The position numbers and the translations under genes are program-made. Under the pieces are notes generated by a model. That model searched no databases, was not told the origin of the DNA, and saw only the letters and a program-made list of their open reading frames with translations. A stretch of DNA of 59,367 bases, filler included, from Thelocarpon superellum (taxonomy: Eukaryota): assembly GCA_026025795.1 (NCBI GenBank). It is 2 parts of 2 records of this genome, joined end to end, with 100 filler letters (N's around TTAATTAATTAA, not from the genome) between each part and the next. Parts side by side here need not be neighbours in the genome. Positions count along the whole stretch, not along the records: positions 1 to 29,638 come from JAPEUG010000215.1; positions 29,739 to 59,367 come from JAPEUG010000216.1. One strand, written 5' to 3'. Shown here piece by piece: positions 22,138 to 33,570 of the stretch. How positions within the stretch are numbered: the stretch's first letter is position 1; each line of letters starts with the position of its first letter.

Positions 22138-24591
22138 CTATGCATGCGGCGCATATTCGCGTCGACCGCCACGGCCGCCGCTGCCGCTGCCGCTGCCGCT
22201 ACCGCTGCCGCTACTGGGCCCAAAATCCACCTCTGGCAGCACCCGTTTCTCCTTGCGACCCTTGACCACGAATTCCGCCAGCAGCGCCAGATGATCACTC
22301 GGGAAATGATAGTTCGGAAAGCCCGGCACCCGCTGCAGATACTCCTTCTCCACCTCGCCCAGCAGGCCGGTGACCTGCAGGGTGTTGGTCGAGTACCAGA
22401 TGTAGTCGATCACGTCCGTGAAGCCAGGCGTGTAGTTGGTGAAGCTCAGCTCGCCCACGTTGGCGTATGACGACTTGAGCGAGAAGGGGTGCGACATGCC
22501 GTCGCGCGTGAAGTTGCCGTAGCTGCGCCCGGCCAGGTCGCTGTGCGTGCTGGGTAGCGTGCCGTGGGCCAGCAGGTCGTACACGCCCGAGCCGATGGCG
22601 GAGTTGAAGTCGCCACACACGATGAGCGGCAGCTGGAGCCCGCTGGCGTACTCCATCGACGGTGCCGGCACCGGCGCCGGCTCGTCCGACCCCTCCGCCG
22701 ACCCGCCGTCGGCCGTGTCGTCCGACAGCTTCAGCGCCGTCTTGTCCCCGCACGCCGGCCATCGCGCGTACTTCTCGGCCAGCTTGGCGATCTGGTCCAC
22801 CAGGATCGCCACCTGCACGAGCTTGACGTCCTTGTACACCGGATCCCAGTGGATGTGCGCGTTGACCGCGATGGCCCGTGAGCCCGTCATGCGGTTCTCG
22901 AAGAAGGTCACGATGGCGATGTTGTCCCGGTTGCCCACCCGGTTGAAGATGTCGTGCTCGCCTTTCATGTCGGGCCGATTGATGGCCGCGTTGGCAAAGT
23001 CGATGATCTGCTTGTCCAGGAGGATGTACCTGCCGCGCGATCAGTGGGAGCCATGTCGACAGAGCGTGACCGGGGTCGTACTTGCTGCCCTTGTAAAAGG
23101 TGGCACAGCCATCCACGAGCTTGGCTTCCTTCTCCGCCATCGTCCGCGCCCGCGTCTTGGGCCAGAAGACGCCCTTGTAGTCGTTGTATGCGAGCTCGGC
23201 ACGGAAGTACTCGTTGAAGCTATCCATATCGATCTCTTGCAGACACACAATGTCGGCGTTCTGTTCCCGGATCTCTTGTAGCACGAGCTGTTTGCGATAA
23301 TTCCACGAGAGCGCCTGCGACGGCGTGTACCCAAACTGCGAGTGTGTCGCGTACTTGTCACACAACATGTTGTACGCCATGACGGTGAATTTCTCCGGCG
23401 GCGGGCCGCCCATTGCGCTGCCCTCGTCCAAGACGATCCAGTCCCGTTGCGACGGAGGTAAGGTCACTGTTGGCGATTAGTCGGTCGTATGTGCGGGAAG
23501 GTAGGCTACGCCCGTCACTTACCTGGCGCATGCTCGCGGAGATGGGTGATCAGGGCCTTGGTGCCGTTCTGCATGATCTCCGACTTGAGCTCCTCCTCGA
23601 GCGGGTTGCCTTCAATCCCTAGCATCTCCAGCTGATAGAGCGAGCCCATCTCATACGGAAGGGTGTGGAGATTGTTGTCGAACAGCAGCAGCGTCTTCAG
23701 ATTGACGAGCATGCCGAGCTCCGGGGGTATCTCGCTGATCTGGTTGTTGGACAGGTCGAGGTGGCTGAGGTTCCGCAATTGTCCGATGGCGGGCGGGAGA
23801 CGGGTGAGCTTGTTGAAGTTGAGGTAGAGCTTGTCGAGGAAGGTGTAGTTGAAGAGGGCATCGGAGAGGGCGCGACATCCTTGCCCGCCAAAGTCCAGGG
23901 CCATCCAGTCTTGGCGCCGCGTCTCGTTAGTCGCGGCGCGATTGCGCTCTTCATGCTCCGGCTCCTTGCCCACGCCAGTGCCGCCCGTCGTGGTGAGGCC
24001 TCGGTTGTCGTGGGCGTTGGTGCGGGCGTAGTGATGGGGCGAATGCGCCTGTCGGGACTCCTGCACCATCTGCAGCTGCTGCTGCCAGTGCTCGCTATAC
24101 TTGCCCATCCCGCCCGTCAGGTTGGCTTGGTTCCCATTTTGAAGATGGCTGGGGGTAAAGTGTGGCGTGGCCCCGAGCGTGCCGGCCGAGAAGGTGTGCT
24201 GGTGTCCGAGGGTGGCCTGGCCGTGGCCGCCATTCTCTTGTTGCTGTGGGTGATGATGATGATGTGGCGGCGCCTGATGATGATGCACCTGCTGGCTTTG
24301 ATACTTTTGCGCCATGTTCATCGGCATGGAAAAGCCTCGGTTAGCAGGCCCTCCATTCATCATCGGATGGGCCCCCTGCGGATGGTTCTGGTTGTACATG
24401 CCGAAGACGTTGTGCGCGGGCGACTGCGGCGCCGGCGAGCGGGAGGGTGAGGGAGCGTCGGAGGGGAAGCCAACCCGCCCGTTATTGACGGGCGAGCCGT
24501 TGCGGGTGAGATGGCGGGGATGGTGGGCTTGCGGGTTCTGGTAGTAGAACTGTTGGCCGGCCGGTGAAAACCGGTACGAACCATCGGCCAT
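22138..24591 (-). CDS. CCR4: CCR4-NOT deadenylase subunit (LRR + EEP nuclease)
   Basis: MADGSYRF start, His/Gln-rich N-terminus, LRRs ([21 protein letters not shown]), [35 protein letters not shown]. Confidence 0.95.
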
Positions 24592-27454
24592 CAACGGCCG
24601 GGCGACGTGGGTTAGGGGAGCTTGCTCGAACACGGCGGTCGAGACCCGGCGATGACGGGGAGAGAGGAGCGGAAGGGACGCAGCGTGGTATGGCAATTAG
24701 GGTCGGGAGGGTGGATTTGGCAGACGGAGTCGTCTTCGTTTGCACATGAGTCCGCAAGCGACCGACTCGCATTGGCGATGTGGGAGAGGCCGTGAGATGA
24801 TCACGGTGGCCGACACGGTGGCTCGGCACAGCGTCGCCGTCGTCCGGGGAGGACCCGAGGGACGATGGGGGGCGGGTTGGCGCCCAGGATCGATCGATGA
24901 ATGCGCCGTACAGACTCCAGGTGTCGATGGAAACAACGCGGGCCTGTGACACGGTCGGACGATGAACGAGCTGGCTGAAGAGACCTGGATGGTGCTGGTA
25001 TGTCTATGAAGGCATCTCAGCATCAAACTCCCTCCGGACCCGGCGCGAGCGGCCTCGACGGATGAAACACAACGCCAGCGACTGCACGTCCCACTCACGG
25101 TCGAAGTTGCCGCCGGTCGAGCCTCTATTGACCACTACAGACGGGAGGATGTTGGAGCAGCCGGGAATGAACTAGAGGCCGGCGATTGTATCGTAGCGGA
25201 GCGGGGCGGCGGCTGATCGATGAGGTGCTGGTTGTAAAGCAATATCTGGAGTCGCAGAGACGTTCCGACGAAGCCACGCTGCTTTAACGGTGGTGAGGCA
25301 TCCACGTTCGTTCACTGGCCGCTTTATGAATGTTCGTATATGCGACGTGAGCAGGACAGACAGCGCCGGGTAAGCCCCCGTGCGCCTGGATCCGGCGCCA
25401 CTTATCCCAACCGGCAACTATGTGTGCGAGCACTAGCAAATGCCCCAGCTTCAGCATCACTGAGAACCTCCGTGGAAGCGCTGGTCGACGCCTAGATTGG
25501 CGGACCTACGATGACTAGACCGTTTGCAGCGTGCGTTATGGAAGGATACCTTAGATCAGCAGAACCCCCATCTACATCCGCTGGTCCTCGTCGCCCAGGT
25601 CAAGTATTGGTTCTTCTATTGACGACTGCTTTGGTTCCAAATTCGACGTGCTAGGGTGACGCCAGCGTCGTTTATTACACGAGACAACGGCGAGCAATCA
25701 CCTAGGGCTGATTGCTCCCCACAATCTCCGCTGTCTGAGCAGACCATTTTCTGAAGATCCTTAAGTACTCGCTCGAGGTAGCTACCAGTTTCTAAACCCA
25801 TCCAGCCTTGAATGGTAGATGCATCTCGAGGTCTCGGCCATTGGAATTCGTATGATTTCGATCCCTCACTTTTCCCTGCGCTGTCTCCAGGCTCGGCCAG
25901 ATAGCGGCGAGGTCCAGTAAACGAGACATCCACCAATCGCGGAAAGCACCAAGATAAAATCGTCATAGGAGGCCTATTGCTTCGTTGGAAGATAGCACAA
26001 GGCCGGGATCTGATTCAAGGGATGAATGACTCTGCCATGTCGATGTCTGGAAGAGCAGAAACTTATAAAGCTCGCATTGGACGGCCATTGGCGAGACGGA
26101 GCTACGTGTGGAAATGTCACGGTGGTACGCGCGGCATCGCTCTGCTTGCCTCTCATACCTCCCTACTCCTGCTCGGTCGCTTCGGCAGGAGGAATTGCAG
26201 GCCTGTGGTAGAGGGGTCACAATGCACCTGGCGCGTGAGCATACGTATGCGAGAACCGAGGACGAGGACGGGCGATTGTCCGAGACGCCGGTGCCGAGCG
26301 ATGGGAGCTCGCCCCCACGGCAGCATCGTGCGTTGGGCAGCAGCAGACTTCGTCTGTACGAGAGCCTGTAAATGCAACGGTAGCATCCGCAAGGCGGAAG
26401 AGGTGCAGGAACTGTCACGCTTCGGCTTGGGCGGAAGCTGCTGGCGTAACAGGCCCGATGCCAGTCAGGATGAGCATGAGTACGGCCAACACGTTTACAA
26501 TATACAAATACTTCGTGCTTACGTCCGGAGCGGGCCGAAAAGCCTGTGTCAGTGGACCCAAGGGGCGGACCACGCATGCGGTTCCAACGGCACGAGCACT
26601 GCGTGGCCGAGGGCGTGGGACGGGGCGCAGGAGAGGGCGTGCTCGCTAGTCGCCGGGGAAGTGGCACGGGGGGACCGGTGCAGGGCGAAATTAGCCATGC
26701 GGATCGCTATCGGCAGCTCCAAGAGGCCCGGCGGACAACCAGTCGAACCATCCGAGCGCCGGCCATACCAAGGCCACCCATGGACGGAGATGGAGTAGCA
26801 CGACGCACATGGACGATAGATCGCATCGTCTTCGCACCAGTGTCCCAGTAGTGCGCAGCCGCCGCCGCTTCGCACGTGTAATGGACGGTAGCGCTGCTGG
26901 CCAACGCCAGACCGTACGATACGAGCGTGCCCTACCACGGACGATTGCCGACCAGGGCGGCAGCACCTAGCCCGATGCGGCGGGACCACCATCCCTTCCC
27001 GCGCGATTGAGATCAGCCGTAGAGGGGCTGAAAAGGAAGCGTGGACGCGGTGGAGGGGAAGGGGGGGGGGTGAGAGCGAGAATGAGTAAGAGTGAGAGGA
27101 AGAGGACAAGGGGGACCGCGAAGCTAACTCTGACATTAGTCCTCGCGTGGGTGGGCGGGCCTGTCCGTCCCCTAATGGCCGTCTTGGTAGCCACTCAGAG
27201 TGGATCAGGAGGGGAACGGCCGTCCCAGAAAACTGGACGAATCCGCAAGCAGCAGCATCGAGTGGGCACGGGAGCGGGGGCGATGTCGCTTTCGTTTGTG
27301 ACCATCCGCCCGACGCCTGCCTGGCAACTCCTCCGCGACTCGTCCGCGCTCCTTCCTCTACCACGCCCGAACCGCGTGACGTCTTGACTTGGGCAGCACC
27401 GCTCCCCATCGCCCTTGGGGTCGTCGCCTGCTGGGCGCTTGAGACGACCCGCGA

Positions 27455-28750
27455 ATGCGCTCTCCCGAGTCGTTGGCCACCGTCTCCGTGCCGGGTCAAC
27501 ATGTTGTCTACAATACCCCGGTGAAGGGAGGCGCGACGGAGGATGGCTCCCATGGCGCTCACGCCGCCTCCTCCTCCTCCTCCGTTCCCGGCGCGTCGGC
27601 GCCGCGGGCCGGCAGTCAGTCCGTGGCGCGCCTGTCTTATCCCTACGTGATGCGCCACGGGCGCTGCTATCTCAACGACGGGACCTTACCCTACCCCCTC
27701 CCCTGCGATATTCCGGAGCTCCATCGCCAGACGTTGCGCACGCTGCTCATGGTACATGTCTTTGGCGGCCCCTTTTGTGCGCCCTGGCGGCGGGCCAGTC
27801 CGCCGCGGAAGGTGCTCGAGGTCGCGTGCGGCTCGGGCTTCTGGTCGGCGCTCTGCGACCAGTACTTCGCCGAGCGAGGCTATCCCAACGTCTCTTTTAC
27901 CGGACTCGACTTCGCCCCGCTGGCACCGGACCTCACGGAGCAGGGCATGAACTGGAAGTTTGTACAGCATGATCTTCGCTCGCTGCCACTCCCCTTCGCC
28001 GACGGCGAGTTTGACCTTGTCATGCTGAAGGACATGAGCCTGGTCGTGCCGACGACGGGCTTTCAAAACCGGCTCATGGACGAGTACCTGCGCGTTCTGG
28101 CCCCTGGCGGCATCCTCGAGATGTGGGAGTCCGACCATACCGTGCGCACCCTTTTACCCCATATCCCCGCCGCACCGGGATTATCCGAGGCGGACCAGCG
28201 GCACGCCAGCTCGCTCGGCATCTTCCCGCTCCATCCCGGCACGCCGGGCGCGATGCCGCAGAACCCTCACCTCCAAGATCTCAACGCCTGGCTGCGGAAG
28301 ATGCTCGAGCGACGCGGTCTGACCGCGACGCCCTGCACCGCCGTCGGCCCCATGATGCTACAGGAGGCCGACACGCTCGGAGACCAAGGCAATCGCCGCT
28401 TCGCCATCCTGCTTAGTGAGGCCAAATGGGAGCGCGAGGGAATCGGCGGTACTCCGCTGAACGGCGAGCGGGGCCGAGGCGGTGACGGGACAGAGGGCCG
28501 CGGTCCGGCGGGAGGCAAGCAGGGCCGGCGGGTGACGGCCGAACAGGCGGCCTTGCGACATACCGCGCTTCTCACCTTCATCCAGATGCTGGAGAGTCTC
28601 GAGCTCTTCATTCAGCGTGCCAGCGGCAAAGGACAGGACGAATGGGACCGCTGGTGGGCGAGCATGATGGAGGATCTCATGGCCAAGGATTCGCTCAATG
28701 GCGAGTGTTTGGAGGTCGGGGCATGGTGGGGATGGAAACATGCATCATGA
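27455..28750 (+). CDS. Class I SAM-dependent methyltransferase-domain protein
   Basis: Uninterrupted 431-aa ORF with YPLPCDIPELHRQ, VLEVACGSGFW, FTGLD, LPFADGEFDLV, RVLAPGG. Start could lie further upstream. Confidence 0.85.
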   Translation: MRSPESLATVSVPGQHVVYNTPVKGGATEDGSHGAHAASSSSSVPGASAPRAGSQSVARLSYPYVMRHGRCYLNDGTLPYPLPCDIPELHRQTLRTLLMVHVFGGPFCAPWRRASPPRKVLEVACGSGFWSALCDQYFAERGYPNVSFTGLDFAPLAPDLTEQGMNWKFVQHDLRSLPLPFADGEFDLVMLKDMSLVVPTTGFQNRLMDEYLRVLAPGGILEMWESDHTVRTLLPHIPAAPGLSEADQRHASSLGIFPLHPGTPGAMPQNPHLQDLNAWLRKMLERRGLTATPCTAVGPMMLQEADTLGDQGNRRFAILLSEAKWEREGIGGTPLNGERGRGGDGTEGRGPAGGKQGRRVTAEQAALRHTALLTFIQMLESLELFIQRASGKGQDEWDRWWASMMEDLMAKDSLNGECLEVGAWWGWKHAS

Positions 28751-29199
28751 GTCGGGGTATCGTTGTCGCATCGCCCGATATCGCTTCAGATAGTACCTAG
28801 GAGGTGTTTAGGCCATGTCCACGCGATGGGACGACGGACGGGTGATTTGGGACGCACATGGCCTCCAATTCTGATATTATCACGTCAATTAGCCCTGGCG
28901 GAGCGTTGCATGATCTCGTTCCAGTGACGCTCACCCTTTCTCACGTACTTTGCTCGTTGGATTCCTCGTTGGATATCTGCGGGCTCCGTCAAGCCCGCTT
29001 GGCTGGCAAAGGCCTTCCGAAGGCGCGGCCGAAAGTACGCGTAGCCGAGAGGGTATTCCCGTCCTAGGTAGAGGAGCTCTGATGACTGTCAGCGGCAGGG
29101 CCAGGTCTAGTTGAGGCAAGCGGTGTGGCCACCTTTGTACAACCCAATGACTTGTCTCCGGAGGCTGGCCAATTTGGCGGACGTGGATCCGGACGACAT
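28745..29199 (-). CDS. LYRM5: LYR-motif protein, ETF regulatory factor (LYRM5/ETFRF1-like)
   Basis: Manually spliced four exons: [74 protein letters not shown]. Not in the ORF track. Confidence 0.88.
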
Positions 29200-29400
29200 C
29201 TTGCGTGGTGTGGACAATGGCCTGAACCGTGCGAGGATCCGGTTGCGAGCGGCATGGCGATACGGGATGGGAGCTGAGTTGAGGTAGACCCTGACGTAAT
29301 CAGAGCTCGGTCCACGAAAGCGGCCTCGTTTCACTCCCCCATGAATGACGGTGGGGAGCTTGTCATATCAAGCGGCGGCGGTAACGATGTGACGGTGGGT

Positions 29401-29638
29401 ATGGAATTCTACGGTAGAGCCATCGCGGCAAGCCCCATCTTTACGGCGCAATGGAGAAGCACTGCGCGTTGCCGCCTGATCCATGGGAAAGGGTCCCGCA
29501 CCGCGGCATCACAGCGGACGAACTCGTCCAGTGTCCCCGCGATAGCCTCGCCGAACCCTCGCTGGCTCTCCGACCTTAAAGGGCGAGTTGGGAGATGCAT
29601 TCTCTTCGGATTACGCCCGGATCAAGCAGAGGAAGCCG
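29401..29638 (+). CDS. 5' part of a probable mitochondrial thioesterase (hot-dog fold) family gene, truncated by contig end
   Basis: Presequence-like N-terminus, then PNPRWLSDLKGRVGRCILFGL, recalled from fungal thioesterase-like proteins; runs into the Ns. Confidence 0.5.
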
Positions 29639-29738
29639 NNNNNNNNNNNNNNNNNNNNNNNNNNNNNNNNNNNNNNNNNNNNTTAATTAATTAANNNNNN
29701 NNNNNNNNNNNNNNNNNNNNNNNNNNNNNNNNNNNNNN
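29639..29738. other. Artificial contig-join linker (N44-TTAATTAATTAA-N44)
   Basis: A palindromic 12-mer with stops in all six frames, embedded in symmetrical N runs. Confidence 0.97.
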
Positions 29739-30073
29739 TCGAAGTCGCCCAAGGAACGATTACGATCAAATTCAAGAAGGCAAAGGTCACCGCAGAGGCT
29801 CCAGACGCAACCCGCTCGCTCGGCTCCCTCTCCGACACTCAGCCCGGCACCACAGCCACCGCAGGGAAGCTGAAGCGTGCCCGCTCGACCGTCGCAAAGC
29901 CCTCGCTGCTCCACCAGAAGACCAAGGCGGCTTCAGTTCCACCGGCCGCATCGCTGCCGGTTGCGGCTGGCGAGTTCTCCACCAGCGGTCCTCGCACTCG
30001 TTCCAAACGCCAGCGTGGCAATAATGCCCATCATGCTCTCGGTCTGCACGATGCGTCCAACGGTCAGGCCTAA
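29739..30073 (+). CDS. 3' end of an unidentified gene cut by the contig start
   Basis: Open frame from the gap to TAA at 30071: EVAQGTITIKFKKAKV..GPRTRSKRQRG..NGQA*. Confidence 0.45.
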
Positions 30074-30355
30074 AATGCAGTTCGATCACTCATCACATCA
30101 CCACGTCATGACGACGATTGGTTCATCACGACCTCGAGCAGCACCGACTTCGAGAACACTTCACAATGGGCAACTTCTTCAGGATGGATCGGGAGGCAGG
30201 ATCGAGAAGATTGCTTCGCACGAGACTCGTTTCGCTTGCTTTTCTGTTAGATAGTGGATTGCACCACTGCAGATAGATGTCGCATCTGGTATAGCGACCA
30301 CCCAGAAAACCATATGGTCAAATGCCCCGCTGGTCCCCATCATCAATAAACGTGA

Positions 30356-31476
30356 TTATCTTCCACTCGGACCGCCGTGACTCGCATCGGCCCTGACTAA
30401 GACGGGGATGACGGCACCAGTATTGAGGCGGAACTCGCGATGCCCAAGCGCCCGCAAGATTCCTGCAATGGCTGCAGAATGGCTAGAGAAGGAGATGTAC
30501 GTATTCTCGTCACGCAGGAAGATGTCGTCGAGGAGTCGATGCATACGTGCCGTGATTTCTACGTCCGTCTCCCGCACGTCTGCCTCCCAGAGCTGGTCTA
30601 CTTCTGCGAAGCCATCTTCAATCGTGTATGATGGGAAGGCCTCGTGAATTGAGGTCTTGCTGCTGCGTCGATCGCACGTGTGGATCCCAATGGCTTCGCG
30701 GAGGAGCTGTGGCATCGATGGGATGTGAGAGGAAGGATCTCTGCGGCACATATCAGGGCCGTACCTCTTTGACGATGGGTTTGAACGGGCGACTACTTGG
30801 GAGATGCAGTCCACCGAATGTGATCTTGGCCGTGTCCAGGCACCGATGAAGAGGGCTGGTATAGTAGGAAGCCGGGACAGGCGTCTTCTCTTCCGAGATC
30901 TGCGTCTTCCAGAAGACATGGGCGGCCTGGGCTTGTGCCACGCCGGTTTTCGTCAGGTGGGCATCGGCCCATGTCACCGTACCGTTGCCATCCTGCTTCG
31001 ACCAGTAGTCCTAGTGGCGATGAGTGAGCCTTCTTGCGGTGTTAAATGGAATTCTCAGTGCAATCACTTACGTCCCATGCCGCCGTGCCATAATAGTCCT
31101 CGGCCACGTTATGTACGCCCTCGCCGTGGCGGCCCAAGTAGAGCACTTTATACTGAGTGCGAGCGCCACTCTGGCGGTTTAAATGAGAAACCTTTCGCGC
31201 AAATCGTTGCCACTGGGTTGTATCCTGGTCGCTGCTCTCGCTGTCACTGGTATCGTACCGCTGATCGATCAGGCCAAAATTGGACTCGTTCTGCGGAAAT
31301 TGTCAGTCGTACGTTGAGCTCGGGGCAGGCCCCGGGTCGTGGCACGGTACATATCGAAAGCTGCTTGGGTCGGTCGCGGGGTCATCCTGCACGAAGTAGC
31401 CCGTGAGGGTCGTGTAGGTCAGGGTGGGCTCGATAGGGCGCTCGTGGTCTGTCTTGTTGGGTGTAGCGGGCATCAT
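30356..31476 (-). CDS. Histidine phosphatase / phosphoglycerate mutase-like protein (Pmu1-like)
   Basis: GYFVQDDPATD, NFGLI, QWQRF, LYLGRHGEGVHN, WADAHLT, YTSPLHRCLDTA, GIHTCDRRS, SSHSAAI. A short upstream exon near 31690-31731 is possible. Confidence 0.88.
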
Positions 31477-32229
31477 GAGGACATAGGTCGTGGCAAGCAA
31501 GAGTCGGTCTGCAAGCACGATGATGGCGGGCCAGTTTAACGACTACCACACCGTGAAGAATGATGGTGAGAATTGCTACAGATGCAGGCTGGGATGATGG
31601 CTGATGTCTAACCACCAGTGACCAAGCCAAGAGGCTCCACAGCCCGTAGAATGAGGAAGCAAGCCTGGGACGAAAATGCAGCTGCTCACCAGATTCATGG
31701 CGGAGTCCGCCGGGGAGAGAGATGCGGCCATGGTACATCAGGAATGCATGTCATTAGATACAAGTCATGGCGAAGTGGCAGACCAGAGGAGAACGTCGTG
31801 CCTCGATTCCGGAAATCGTAGCTTGGATGGAGTCGTGGTTAAGCTGGTTGTGCCCATGCTTATTCTGCCGGAGCAGAGTATCGATGAGTCCTTTCATGAG
31901 CCTATTCATAAGGCTCTCCGTGCGTCACATCCTCATGTTCACCGGGGGGTCAGTGACAGTACGGCGCTTAGGTACGATGCGAGACTCGTGGCGCTGGTTC
32001 GTGCAGGAGTACGAGTACTCGCATGTCCCCCCTCCCCTCGCTTGCACCAGGCCGAAGGGAGCGAATCTATTCACCGTGGTCTTGGATGTTCCTGATCATA
32101 CATCTGCCAAACTAGGCCCATGCCATCCAACACGACGATTCACCGCTCCATGAATGATTGATCCGTGGCTCCAGCGCAATATGAACCCCTTATACTACAT
32201 TCATCTCAAATGCGTGGCTAGATCTTCTT

Positions 32230-33322
32230 TCACGTCAATCTGATGCGAGACTGTTGATGAATGAGCAAAACGACCAACTGACGTGCAGAAGGAGAGAGAC
32301 GTACCGATAGCTGACAAGCGTATCCACACGATGATTGCTCGTGCTGAAGCTCCGAAGCTGCACCTTCTCGCCATTTTTGATCTCTTTGGCGTCGCTGTCG
32401 ACCCATTCCATCGGCACATCGGAGGTTGCGTCGGCGTAGACCAAGACATTGAAGGTGCAGTTGCCATCAAGCAGAGGTAGAAAGGTGACGGAGGCGGTGA
32501 CCTGCCGGAAGATGGATTGAATCTCGTCCTGGATCTCCTTTTCCGTCTTCTCTGGGGGCGGCTCAACGCTACTTGGACCCATCAGTACAGGGTCGGGGAA
32601 GGCTCAACCCTCTACCACTCACCCAGGATCCGCATTCTCCTTGTCGGCCGACGTCTTCGAATCTTTTCCTCTGGCGGCTTTGCCGAAGATTTGAACCTGT
32701 TCCTGCATCAGCGAGGCTCCCAGCGCGTTCCACCATTGCCTCACGTCAAACTGCCACCGCTCGACATTTTCGCCCGTTTCCTTGTTGGTGATGACGACGA
32801 CCAGCTTGGATATCTTTCCGCCCACCATCCACTTGTTGAGCTGTGACATGATGCGCTTGATGTATGCCTTGACCTGATCATCCGATGAGACTGTCCCAAA
32901 GTCGTTAGCCAGAGTCCGCCCACATCATGCCTAGCTCTCCTTGGAGAAGGTTGCCGAACCTAACATGTTCAAGCCATACTTCTTGACCCTACCCAGGCGC
33001 GTCAGCAGAAGTAGCTATACCTTGGAGGATGGCTTACGCCGTGAAGTCCTCGGCGGGGTACACTCCGCGCTGAAAACTGCATCTTCCGTCAGCCAGCACC
33101 GTGGATTGGGCAATCGCGCGCGTACAGGATTGTGTTGATGGAGTATTCGAACTGCTCAGGATCAGCGGCGTCAAGCAAATCGAGGTAGGAATGCATACAA
33201 ACTCCGCGACGAGCTTGGAGGACCCTAGCAGAAGTCAGACTTCACGAGCATGTCGCGTTGGCGGGAGTGGCACCTTTCAGGGACAGCTTATGCAGCTTGG
33301 ACTTGTCCTTTTCGACCGACAT
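32230..33322 (-). CDS. MAD2: Spindle assembly checkpoint HORMA protein
   Basis: LHKLSLKG/SSKLVAEF, FEYSINTIL, FQRGVYPAEDF, VKKYGLNML, ENVERWQFDV, QVTASVTFLP, LRSFSTSNHRVDTLVSYR; many short exons. Confidence 0.95.
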
Positions 33323-33570
33323 TTTGCGACGAAAGAGGCAACCGCAGATCTGTGGTAAGGCGAGTCGGTGCACTCGCCGGCGGTGGAGGGGTTGAGATGA
33401 TCATGGCGATGTTTACACGCGAGGCTCCCCCAGCAACGGCGCAACGCTAACCCGACTTGGCAATTCTTTCATCTCTCGCGAGTCTCAACGCGAACATTGG
33501 ATTTGGGAATATTGGGTCCAATACGCCCTGGAAGGAGCTGTGGAGGATTCAGACAGTCGACAGCAGCCTC

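Noticed and set aside
25963..27658. Several 230-370 aa ORFs between CCR4 and the methyltransferase
   Set aside because: Arg/Ala/Gly-rich, mutually overlapping and lacking motifs, as expected by chance in GC-rich promoter/UTR DNA.
27455..28750. Methyltransferase as a tailoring enzyme for the RiPP cluster
   Set aside because: More than 21 kb away and separated by many housekeeping genes.
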